Source of the DNA: a virus
Lineage: Duplodnaviria > Caudoviricetes
Length of the DNA stretch: 42,427 nt
IMG/VR virus record: IMGVR_UViG_3300017785_004324
Coordinates: 1-42,427 of that record
Strand: one strand, 5' to 3'
Positions within the stretch are counted from its first letter, which is position 1. Each line of letters starts with the position of its first letter. A program made the translations under genes and the position numbers. Shown here piece by piece: positions 29,593 to 37,072 of this stretch. The notes beneath the pieces were generated by a model, which was not told the DNA's origin, ran no database searches, and was given only the letters and a program-made list of their open reading frames with translations.

Positions 29593-29663
29593 GCAGATAT
29601 GATGTAGTGGCAACATAAGAGTTTTCCAAACTTTTCTCACGGGTTCGAATCCCGTTATCTGCT
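29593..29663 (+). tRNA. tRNA-Gly(UCC)
   Basis: GCAGATA/TATCTGC, U73, AGAGT-TTTCCAA-ACTTT, ACGGG-TTCGAAT-CCCGT. Confidence 0.92.
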
Positions 29664-29667
29664 TTAT

Positions 29668-29759
29668 GCGTAGTATCAGTCGAGTAGCGCACTCGGAGGC
29701 TCAGCTAGGATTGCAATGTACATTGCAATTGAGAAGGGGTTCAAGTCCCCCACTACGCT
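29668..29759 (+). ncRNA. Aberrant tRNA-like RNA with enlarged anticodon arm
   Basis: Perfect acceptor GCGTAGT/ACTACGC, T arm GGGG-TTCAAGT-CCCC, CGAGT/ACTCG hairpin, CTCAG/TTGAG stem enclosing a 20-nt palindrome. Confidence 0.65.
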
Positions 29760-29801
29760 ATCGGAGGGGTGCGTAATCCGTAGAAGAACGCGAATTGGTA
29801 G

Positions 29802-29868
29802 AGTCTCATGGTATAATGGAATTATCTTCGCAACACGGAGGATGTGGGTTCGAATCCCACTGAGACAG
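29802..29868 (+). ncRNA. Aberrant tRNA-like RNA with shrunken anticodon arm
   Basis: GTCTCA/TGAGAC acceptor, normal D arm (GTATAATGGAATTAT) and T arm, anticodon arm only TTCG-CAACA-CGGA. Confidence 0.65.
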
Positions 29869-29871
29869 TTT

Positions 29872-29942
29872 GCTCCCATAGTATAATGGCATTACCCTTG
29901 ATTTGTAATCATGAGAACCCAGTTCGATCCTGGGTGGGAGCT
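29872..29942 (+). tRNA. tRNA-Thr(UGU)
   Basis: GCTCCCA/TGGGAGC, loop TT-TGT-AA, CCCAG-TTCGATC-CTGGG. Confidence 0.9.
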
Positions 29943-29943
29943 T

Positions 29944-30093
29944 ATGAAAGATAAACGACAACATTCTGCTGGAAAGGGAGATTCTCTACGCCCAGTTGAC
30001 TATAAGAAGTGGTCGGAGAATTACGACCGAATTTTTAAAAAGAAAAGTAAGAAAGTAAAGAAAAATGACTCTCGGATTTCAGGACATAATTGA
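29944..30093 (+). CDS. Small basic hypothetical phage protein
   Basis: AGKGD..RP.D...W..NYDRIF motif recurrent in T4-like phages; the tRNA-Thr 3' end supplies GGAG. Confidence 0.6.
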   Translation: MKDKRQHSAGKGDSLRPVDYKKWSENYDRIFKKKSKKVKKNDSRISGHN

Positions 30094-30361
30094 TATTACT
30101 ATTGATTCAATTGCTGGATATTCGGAGGAGATGTATTCTGCCTCTTGGTTCAATAATATTGAGCATTCAATTTATGTGGCAATTATTCAGAACAATAGAT
30201 TTATTCTCGACCAATTCAAGCCATACCAAATCCAAGCAATGAAAGAATTAATTCAAATGAATAATTGGATTTGTTATGATTATGATATTTCTATGCCTGT
30301 TGTGAGGCCACTTGACTACATAATGATGGACAAGGTGGCCATCAAACATGGAGCAGACTAG
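30065..30361 (+). CDS. Hypothetical protein
   Basis: 98-aa ORF in operon order; SEE.Y.A.W...IE motif. Confidence 0.55.
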   Translation: MTLGFQDIIDITIDSIAGYSEEMYSASWFNNIEHSIYVAIIQNNRFILDQFKPYQIQAMKELIQMNNWICYDYDISMPVVRPLDYIMMDKVAIKHGAD

Positions 30362-30671
30362 ACATAGAGAGATTCTAGATCGTTATTCAAATGCCCTTCA
30401 GAGACTTGCCGATTCTGAAAAGGAAGAGCAAAATAAAAAAACAAAGATATCCAAAGTATTTTTGTTTTTTTCAATATTGATTCTCATGGCCTATTTCCAA
30501 CACTTGACTCCCAGAATTAGAATAACGACAAAAATACCAAGAACTGCTCTGTGTGATCTGATAAATAAAAATGATATCGTTGATATGCGTGATCAACCCT
30601 TTTGGACGGGGGTGCAAATCCCCCCGACTCCATTCGACACTATTGGCGTTCTGACGGAAACGCGGTCTTGA
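30348..30671 (+). CDS. Hypothetical protein; 3' part overlaps the tmRNA acceptor piece
   Basis: AAGGTGG RBS, ILDRYSNALQRLAD and a hydrophobic stretch; true 3' extent uncertain. Confidence 0.4.
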   Translation: MEQTRHREILDRYSNALQRLADSEKEEQNKKTKISKVFLFFSILILMAYFQHLTPRIRITTKIPRTALCDLINKNDIVDMRDQPFWTGVQIPPTPFDTIGVLTETRS

Positions 30672-30925
30672 CAAGAGATGCGCTTGCGTAAAACGGTCTA
30701 TCTAGTAATTGACCGACAAAGCAAGATAGATGGTGTAATCCATCATAGTGTCATAAACTACGGGGTCGAATAGAATCGACAAGGGGAAGTGAGCGTTAGG
30801 GAGATATCCGAGAGGTAGTCAACAACCCTCGTTAAATACCAAAGTTGGCAACATAAATGCCGCACCAATGCGGATGGCTGCTTGAAGCAGTGGGGATTGG
30901 TCATCCCGCATCTGAATTGACCACC
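30571..30925 (+). ncRNA. ssrA: Circularly permuted two-piece tmRNA (acceptor piece about 30571-30632, coding piece 30762 to about 30925; tag (A)AAPMRMAA)
   Basis: 3' tRNA-like end GGAC-GGGGG-TGCAAAT-CCCCC-CGACTCC-A precedes the 5' end GGGGTCG-AATAGAATCGAC; G3.U70 and A73; PK1; ATAAAT-GCC resume codon at 30859; tag ends AA-stop. Confidence 0.93.
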
Positions 30926-30952
30926 CACTAGTAATAGTGGGTTTATTTTTTT
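30923..30952 (+). terminator. Rho-independent terminator after tmRNA
   Basis: ACCCACTA-GTAA-TAGTGGGT followed by a T-rich tract. Confidence 0.85.
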
Positions 30953-31031
30953 ATACATACAATTAGGATGGCGGGATGAATTTTTTGTTTTGCTTTAGTA
31001 TCTCTTTTTACACGGGGGTCAGGGAACTTTT

Positions 31032-31349
31032 ATGCAAAATAACGAAGATTTTCACACGCAACTTCTCAAGTACGGCATCGACATAGGATTTCTTTTATCT
31101 GGATTTTTCGGGGCTTTGTTGCTTTCGATAAAGAAAAAGAAACAAAAGCTGAGCAAATCAATTGCTTGCATCTTTGCTGGGACCATTTGCGCGAACTATC
31201 TTACGCCTCTTATTTTGAATTTTGCCCCAGCCTCAATCCAGGAGAAGGGTAAGTATGCAGTGGCGTTCATGATGGGTTACATGGGACTTAAGGGTCTTGA
31301 GTTCGTTGTGGATTTCATCACTGACTACTTAGAATCAAAAAGACCTTGA
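31032..31349 (+). CDS. Holin-like membrane protein
   Basis: 105 aa with three hydrophobic segments (LSGFFGALL, GTICANYLTP, AFMMGYMGL) and a basic loop. Confidence 0.55.
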   Translation: MQNNEDFHTQLLKYGIDIGFLLSGFFGALLLSIKKKKQKLSKSIACIFAGTICANYLTPLILNFAPASIQEKGKYAVAFMMGYMGLKGLEFVVDFITDYLESKRP

Positions 31350-31373
31350 CAACAGAATTAACTGAAGTATAAT
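31346..31373 (+). promoter_or_regulatory. Sigma70-type promoter
   Basis: TTGACA-N16-TATAAT, 7 nt before the ATG at 31381. Confidence 0.8.
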
Positions 31374-31380
31374 AGGCCAA

Positions 31381-31578
31381 ATGAAGTTTGGTCTACACTT
31401 TACAAATTCAAATGGCGATGAGGATTGGATGCGGGAGAGTGATAAATCTATTTCCATCTGGGAATCCCAGAAGGAGGCAGATGATTGGCGAAGGAATCAT
31501 ACCGTAAATCCCCAGGGGTATGATGTGAAGAGAGTTACTCCAAGGATCTTGAAGGAAGATAAAGAGCAGTATAATTAG
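31381..31578 (+). CDS. Hypothetical protein
   Basis: 65-aa ORF directly after a consensus promoter. Confidence 0.6.
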   Translation: MKFGLHFTNSNGDEDWMRESDKSISIWESQKEADDWRRNHTVNPQGYDVKRVTPRILKEDKEQYN

Positions 31579-31613
31579 TGATATAGGCAATCAATATTTT
31601 CATATATAATTGT

Positions 31614-32324
31614 ATGAAAATATATTTTGTTTACAAAACAACAAATCTCTTAAATAATAAATTTTATATTGGGGCACATCAAACAGAGGATATAAATGAT
31701 AATTATCTTGGAAGTGGTGTGGTCTTGAATAAAGCAATAAAAAAATATGGAAAGGAAAATTTTAAAAGAGAAATTTTATTAATATGTGAAAACGCTGAAG
31801 AAATGTTTAATGAGGAAAAAAAATTAATTAATTCTTTCCTCGGAAATGAATTGTGTTATAATATAAAATATGGTGGGATTGGTGGATGGGATTATGTGAA
31901 CAATAATAATTTATTGATTGGTGACAAAAATCCAATGAAGAATGAAGTTATAAAGAATAAATGTGTGAATGCTGTTAAAGAAACAAAAAATAAAAATAAA
32001 CAAAAATATATTGATGTTGCTAATGAAAACTTAAAAAAAGCAACAGCAAAAAATACAGGATCAAAAAAACCAAACCATAGTAAGTTCATGCATCAGTATA
32101 TGAAGAATATCTGGGCTGAAAATAAAAATTTGATGAGAGACAGATTGTCTTCGTGGTTTGAAATTATAGATCCAAATAAAAACATTCATAAAACCAATAG
32201 ACTGCAAGATTTTTGTTTGCAAAATAATTTACCATACACTACAATATGGAAATCCAGTAAAGAAAACACTATAGTTAAAAAGGGTAAAGCTAAAGGTTGG
32301 TCATGCAAGATTATTCAAAATTAA
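31614..32324 (+). CDS. Free-standing GIY-YIG (Seg-like) homing endonuclease
   Basis: FVYKTTN..N.KFYIG.H, YLGSG, KYGKENF.REIL, E, YNIK.GG.GG; AT-rich; overlaps the gp43B start. Confidence 0.9.
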   Translation: MKIYFVYKTTNLLNNKFYIGAHQTEDINDNYLGSGVVLNKAIKKYGKENFKREILLICENAEEMFNEEKKLINSFLGNELCYNIKYGGIGGWDYVNNNNLLIGDKNPMKNEVIKNKCVNAVKETKNKNKQKYIDVANENLKKATAKNTGSKKPNHSKFMHQYMKNIWAENKNLMRDRLSSWFEIIDPNKNIHKTNRLQDFCLQNNLPYTTIWKSSKENTIVKKGKAKGWSCKIIQN

Positions 32325-33424
32325 ATACAGAGGATCTTCTGCTGCTTCGTGAGCAATTGCAGTTCGATGTATCTAAGTACCATAATTTTCAATTGGTACG
32401 AAAGATTCAATTGAATTCGGCTTACGGCGCAGTAGGTTAGGGAAATGAATTCTTTAGATACTACAGCACAGAACTGGCCGAGGCCGTTACACTGACTGGT
32501 CAATTGATTATTCAGTATATCGCATTTCAAGTCAATGACTTTCTAAACGATGCAGTTGGGACCAAGAATTTTGATTATGTCGTCTATTCAGACACGGACT
32601 CCATCTATCTCAATATGGAGGCGATAGTAAATAAATTCTGTGCGAACAAGACCACTTCGGAGAAGATCGACTATATCGATGGAATCTGCAAGAAGGTCAT
32701 GACACCATTCATTGAGAAGCAATTCTCAAAACTAGCTACTCATATGAACGCATATGAGAATCGCATCTCAATGGAACGAGAAGTCATTGCCGATAAGGGT
32801 ATCTGGGTTGCCAAGAAGAGGTATATGATGAATGTGTGGGATTCGGAAGGAATCCGATATTCTCAGCCAAAGCAGAAGATCATGGGTATTGAAACCACCA
32901 GATCTTCTACTCCAGAGGTAGTTCGCAAGAAACTGAAGGATTCTATTCACATTATCCTCAACAAGGACGAATCCGATCTTGTTTTGTTCGTGGAGGATTT
33001 CAAGAAAGAATTCTTCTCTCTTCCTCCAGAGGATATTGCGTTCCCACGGAGTGTGAATGGAATGAGCAAGTATGCTGATAAGCAGCAGATATACAAGAAG
33101 GGAACTCCTATTGCAGTGAAGGGTTCTTTGCTGTATAATCACTACATCAACAAGAAGAATCTTGGGAAGAAGTATAGCAAGATCTCAGAGGGTGAGAAGA
33201 TAAAGTTTCTTTATCTAAAGAAGCCAAATCCATTGGCTGGATACAAGGGTGATGATTGTGTCATCGCCTTTCCGCAGAAGATTCCAGCGGAATTTGAAAT
33301 TGGTCCATATGTTGATTATTCATTGCAGTTCGAGAAGGCATTCATCGATCCGTTGAATACCATTCTTGAGACAATTGGATGGAACTACGAAGAGAAGAGT
33401 ACACTGGAATCACTTTTTATTTGA
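32303..33424 (+). CDS. gp43: Split family-B DNA polymerase, C-terminal part (gp43B) with an in-frame TAG at 32438-32440
   Basis: MQDYSKL...[33 protein letters not shown] is in frame with the tracked ORF 32504-33424 ([23 protein letters not shown]). Confidence 0.9.
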
Positions 33425-33431
33425 GGTAATT

Positions 33432-34460
33432 ATGTCTGATTTTCTAAAAAATATCATTAAGCAATCGGGAAACAAATTCGCTTCCGTGGTAAAGGATGGT
33501 CTGGATGGTAGCGATGTAACTGGGTTCACTGACACTGGGAGCCTGATGTTCAATGCACTGCTATCTGGTTCTCTTTACGGTGGAATGGCAAACAACAAGA
33601 TCGTGGCCCTGGCAGGAGAGGCGGCTACAGGAAAGACATATTTCACCATTGGAATTCTCTCCAAATTCCTGGCAGACAATACAGATGGTGTTGTTTTGTA
33701 TTTTGATACTGAACAGGCCGTGACTTCTGAGATGTTCAAGTCCAGGGGTGTGGATCCATCAAGGGTTGCAGTCTTTCCAGTTGCAACGATTGAGGAATTC
33801 CGTCATCAGGCTATTACCATCGTGGATTCATATCTGAATGAAGATGAGTCAAAGAGAAAGCCTATGATGATCGTCCTTGATTCACTTGGAATGTTGTCAA
33901 CATCAAAGGAGATCAACGATACAGCAGAAGGTAAGGAAACCCGAGACATGACCCGTGCTCAGATCATCAAGGCAACATTCCGTGTCTTGACTCTCAAGCT
34001 TGGTAAGGCTAGGATTCCAATGATCATGACTAATCACACATATGCTGTTGTTGGATCGTATGTTCCAACCACAGAAATGGGTGGTGGAACTGGTTTGAAG
34101 TACGCTGCATCTACCATCGTTTATCTCTCCAAGAAGAAGGACAAAGATGGTGATGGTGATGTTGTGGGAAATATCATCAACTGCAAGTTGTACAAGTCTC
34201 GCTTCACCAAGGAAAACAAATCAGTTGCAGTGAAGTTGAACTACGATACTGGACTTGATCGCTACTATGGTCTTGTGGATCTTGCGCTTGAGTCTGGTGT
34301 ATTCACCAAGACAAGCACACGAATCACCCTGCCAGATGGATCATCTGCTTTCGAGAAGAACATCTACGAGAATCCAGAGAAATACTTCACTAAGGAAGTT
34401 CTTGAGAAACTAGAAAAGGCTGCGAGTAAGGAATTCAAGTACGGTTCAAATGAACATTGA
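33432..34460 (+). CDS. uvsX: UvsX RecA-like recombinase
   Basis: DTGS, Walker [35 protein letters not shown]; GAGG RBS. Confidence 0.95.
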   Translation: MSDFLKNIIKQSGNKFASVVKDGLDGSDVTGFTDTGSLMFNALLSGSLYGGMANNKIVALAGEAATGKTYFTIGILSKFLADNTDGVVLYFDTEQAVTSEMFKSRGVDPSRVAVFPVATIEEFRHQAITIVDSYLNEDESKRKPMMIVLDSLGMLSTSKEINDTAEGKETRDMTRAQIIKATFRVLTLKLGKARIPMIMTNHTYAVVGSYVPTTEMGGGTGLKYAASTIVYLSKKKDKDGDGDVVGNIINCKLYKSRFTKENKSVAVKLNYDTGLDRYYGLVDLALESGVFTKTSTRITLPDGSSAFEKNIYENPEKYFTKEVLEKLEKAASKEFKYGSNEH

Positions 34461-35832
34461 AAAAGTCATCTTCCAGAATCTGGTGAAGAACGAGATATTC
34501 TCTAGAAAGGTTATTCCATTCCTTAAGAAGGAATACTTTCACGATAGGATTGATTCACTCGTATTTTCACTGATACATGATTTCATTATCGAATACAATA
34601 CGCTTCCCACACAGGAGGCTATTGTAATATCGATGGATAAGAGAAAGACAGTTGCACAAGATGAATATCAAAAGGCATTGTCTCTCATCGAATCAGTATA
34701 TGAGGATTATGAGGAGGCTTCGCTCGAATGGCTTCTTGATGAGACTGAAGGATTCTGCAAGGAGAAGGCAGTCTATAATGCAATCATGAATTCAATCAAT
34801 ATCATTGATGGTAAGGAGCAGACACCTACTACTGCCATTCCAGATATCTTGTCAAAGGCTCTTGCAGTCTCGTTCGACACTCACATCGGACATGATTACA
34901 TCGAAGACTATCAGAAGCGATATGAATTCTATCACAAGGTGGAGCAGAAGATTCCTTTTGATCTTGAAGTATTCAATGAGATCACCGCTGGTGGAATAGT
35001 GCCGAAGACTCTTTCGATTGTCATGGCTGGAACTGGTGTTGGAAAATCATTGTTCCTATGCCATTACGCTGCAAGTTGTCTCAAGCAACACAAGAATGTC
35101 CTGTACATCACGTGTGAAATGTCTGAGGAGAAGATTGCAGAAAGAATCGATGCGAACATTCTAGACATACAGATTAAGGACATCAAGGATCTTCCTCTCA
35201 GCGTTTATGAAAAGAAGATCCACAATACTTGTGGTGGATTCAAGGGTAAACTTATCATCAAGGAATATCCAACATCGACTGCGAATGCAAATCATTTCAG
35301 ATTTCTGCTGGATGAACTCAAATTGAAGAAGAAGTTCACTCCAGATATCATATTCATTGATTATCTGAATATCTGTGCATCTTCAAGAATTAAGGGAGGT
35401 AAAGTTAATTCTTATGAGTATATCAAGGCTATTGCTGAAGAGATTCGGGGAATTGCAGTGGAGTATAACGTACCTGTATTCACTGCTACCCAGACAAACC
35501 GCGAGGGATTTGCGAATACTGATCCTGATCTTACTAACACTTCAGAGTCATTTGGTCTTCCGATGACTGCGGATTTCATGGTCGCTCTTATCAGCACCGA
35601 TGAACTTGAAGAGATGAACAATATTATGGTAAAGCAGTTGAAGAACAGGTATAATGAACGTCTTGGCAACAAGAAGTTCCTCGTCGGAATCAACAGAGCC
35701 AAGATGAAATTGTACGATGTCAACAGCGATTCATCCACTGTGAATGCAGTTGCTCTTGGTCCACGAAAAAGCGGACCAGAGAACTTCTTCAATAGGAATA
35801 AGAAGAACTCGACTCAAGACTGGAATATGTGA
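34450..35832 (+). CDS. gp41: DnaB-like replicative helicase (T4 gp41)
   Basis: [56 protein letters not shown]. Confidence 0.96.
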   Translation: MNIEKVIFQNLVKNEIFSRKVIPFLKKEYFHDRIDSLVFSLIHDFIIEYNTLPTQEAIVISMDKRKTVAQDEYQKALSLIESVYEDYEEASLEWLLDETEGFCKEKAVYNAIMNSINIIDGKEQTPTTAIPDILSKALAVSFDTHIGHDYIEDYQKRYEFYHKVEQKIPFDLEVFNEITAGGIVPKTLSIVMAGTGVGKSLFLCHYAASCLKQHKNVLYITCEMSEEKIAERIDANILDIQIKDIKDLPLSVYEKKIHNTCGGFKGKLIIKEYPTSTANANHFRFLLDELKLKKKFTPDIIFIDYLNICASSRIKGGKVNSYEYIKAIAEEIRGIAVEYNVPVFTATQTNREGFANTDPDLTNTSESFGLPMTADFMVALISTDELEEMNNIMVKQLKNRYNERLGNKKFLVGINRAKMKLYDVNSDSSTVNAVALGPRKSGPENFFNRNKKNSTQDWNM

Positions 35833-36845
35833 TGTCAACCTACATAGATAAGAAGTATATCAATCTCATTTCACCGATGCTTCCAAAGTTCAAGTGGAAG
35901 AAGGACAACTTGGCCAATTGCCGTTGTCCCATATGTGGAGATTCTTCGAGAAGCAAGGGAAAGGCAAGAGGATATTTTTTTGTCAAGAATAATAACTTTT
36001 TTTATAAATGTCATAACTGTGGTGTTGGACATAGTGTCTATAATTTCCTTCAGCATATTTCACCGTCTCTATGTAAAGAGTACTCAATGGAGAGATTCAT
36101 TCATGGTGAAAATCGCGGAAATTATCCAAAGCCTACCTTGGAAAATCTCTATCCTACTTCTGCTGTCAAGCCTAAGCACTATAGTTTCACGTATCTCTCA
36201 GACCTCCCAGAGAATCATAAGGCTGTTGAATATGTTGTTGGTAGAGGGATTCCAACGAGTAAATGGGAAGATATTGGATACACTGAGAATGTAAGCGCAC
36301 TTGCTGGAGAGTTCGATGAAAAATATAATGATAGGTTTCAAGAGGAAGATCGGCTTGTCATTGTTATACGCAATGATGCTGGCATCTGTGGTTTTCAGTG
36401 TAGATCATTCAGCGAAAAAACAAAGCGAGGACTAAAGTATTTCACCATAAAGCACGATGATGAATTGTGCTATTACGGATTGAATCATGTGGATACTTCT
36501 AGAAAGTTTTATATTGTAGAGGGTCCAATCAATTCAATGTTCATCGACAATTCTATTGCAACACTTGGATCTGCGAATTTTCAGCATGTTCCAGATAAGA
36601 TGGATGATACGAATGCAGTTTATGTCATAGATAACGAACCATTCAAGATTGAGACTTTGAAGATACTGGATTCGTTGATTGATTCTGGTAAAACGGTGTG
36701 CATATTTCCAAGCAGCATAACATTCAAGGATCTAAATGATATGGCGATGAATGGCTTGGATGTGCAGAAGATAATTGATGATAATACTTTTAGTGGCCTT
36801 AAGGCCAGAATGGCATTTAATACATGGAAGAAAATGAAGATTTAA
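35832..36845 (+). CDS. gp61: DNA primase (T4 gp61)
   Basis: Zn finger CPICGDS...CHNC, TOPRIM VEGP, DNEP, KDLNDM. Confidence 0.93.
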   Translation: MSTYIDKKYINLISPMLPKFKWKKDNLANCRCPICGDSSRSKGKARGYFFVKNNNFFYKCHNCGVGHSVYNFLQHISPSLCKEYSMERFIHGENRGNYPKPTLENLYPTSAVKPKHYSFTYLSDLPENHKAVEYVVGRGIPTSKWEDIGYTENVSALAGEFDEKYNDRFQEEDRLVIVIRNDAGICGFQCRSFSEKTKRGLKYFTIKHDDELCYYGLNHVDTSRKFYIVEGPINSMFIDNSIATLGSANFQHVPDKMDDTNAVYVIDNEPFKIETLKILDSLIDSGKTVCIFPSSITFKDLNDMAMNGLDVQKIIDDNTFSGLKARMAFNTWKKMKI

Positions 36846-37072
36846 ATAGCGATGGTGAAGATTCTCCTGACTCAGAGGAAATGTTTTTGGTTGAAAAAAT
36901 ATTCAACTCAGTGATGGTTTTTAATTCACACTTTGCACACTACATCAGCCAGAATGATAAGGAATTATTCAAGCGCGCAGTTGATTATGCAAAGACCTTT
37001 ACTGAAGAAGATGTTCCTGGTATAATAATGCATTACATGGAAGAGGATACTGATGAAGATACAGGTTCTTGA
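36824..37072 (+). CDS. Acidic hypothetical protein
   Basis: 82-aa ORF overlapping both neighbours. Confidence 0.55.
   Translation: MEENEDLNSDGEDSPDSEEMFLVEKIFNSVMVFNSHFAHYISQNDKELFKRAVDYAKTFTEEDVPGIIMHYMEEDTDEDTGS

Noticed and set aside
30645-30665. Hammerhead ribozyme core (CTGACGG...GAAA) in the tmRNA spacer
   Set aside because: No room for stem II and the CUGANGA consensus is not met
30668-30694. Sigma70 promoter inside the tmRNA spacer
   Set aside because: TTGACA is followed by a poor -10 (TAAAAC) at only 15 nt spacing
26067-30958. Tracked ORFs overlapping RNA genes (26067-26471, 27029-27217, 29676-29879, 30471-30674, 30758-30958)
   Set aside because: Shadow frames over tRNA/tmRNA genes with no RBS or recognisable motifs
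25694-32303. Group I/II intron or split intein joining the polymerase halves
   Set aside because: No intein N- or C-terminal motifs or intron core seen; the halves have their own stop and start, and the gap contains a terminator and promoters
32438-32440. Genome-wide TAG reassignment (alternative genetic code)
   Set aside because: Other long genes are intact in the standard code, TAG serves as the apparent natural stop of gmd and the 12052 gene, and no canonical CUA tRNA is present in the window
32437-32442. Insert can be read as TTAGGG (telomere repeat) and matches the tRNA-Glu acceptor strand
   Set aside because: A single 6-mer, expected by chance
32504-33424. gp43B starting at the tracked TTG (32504), or a three-piece polymerase
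   Set aside because: This start would omit motif B and the conserved FRYY...AEAVTLTGQ segment; the nearby ATG at 32445 is out of frame
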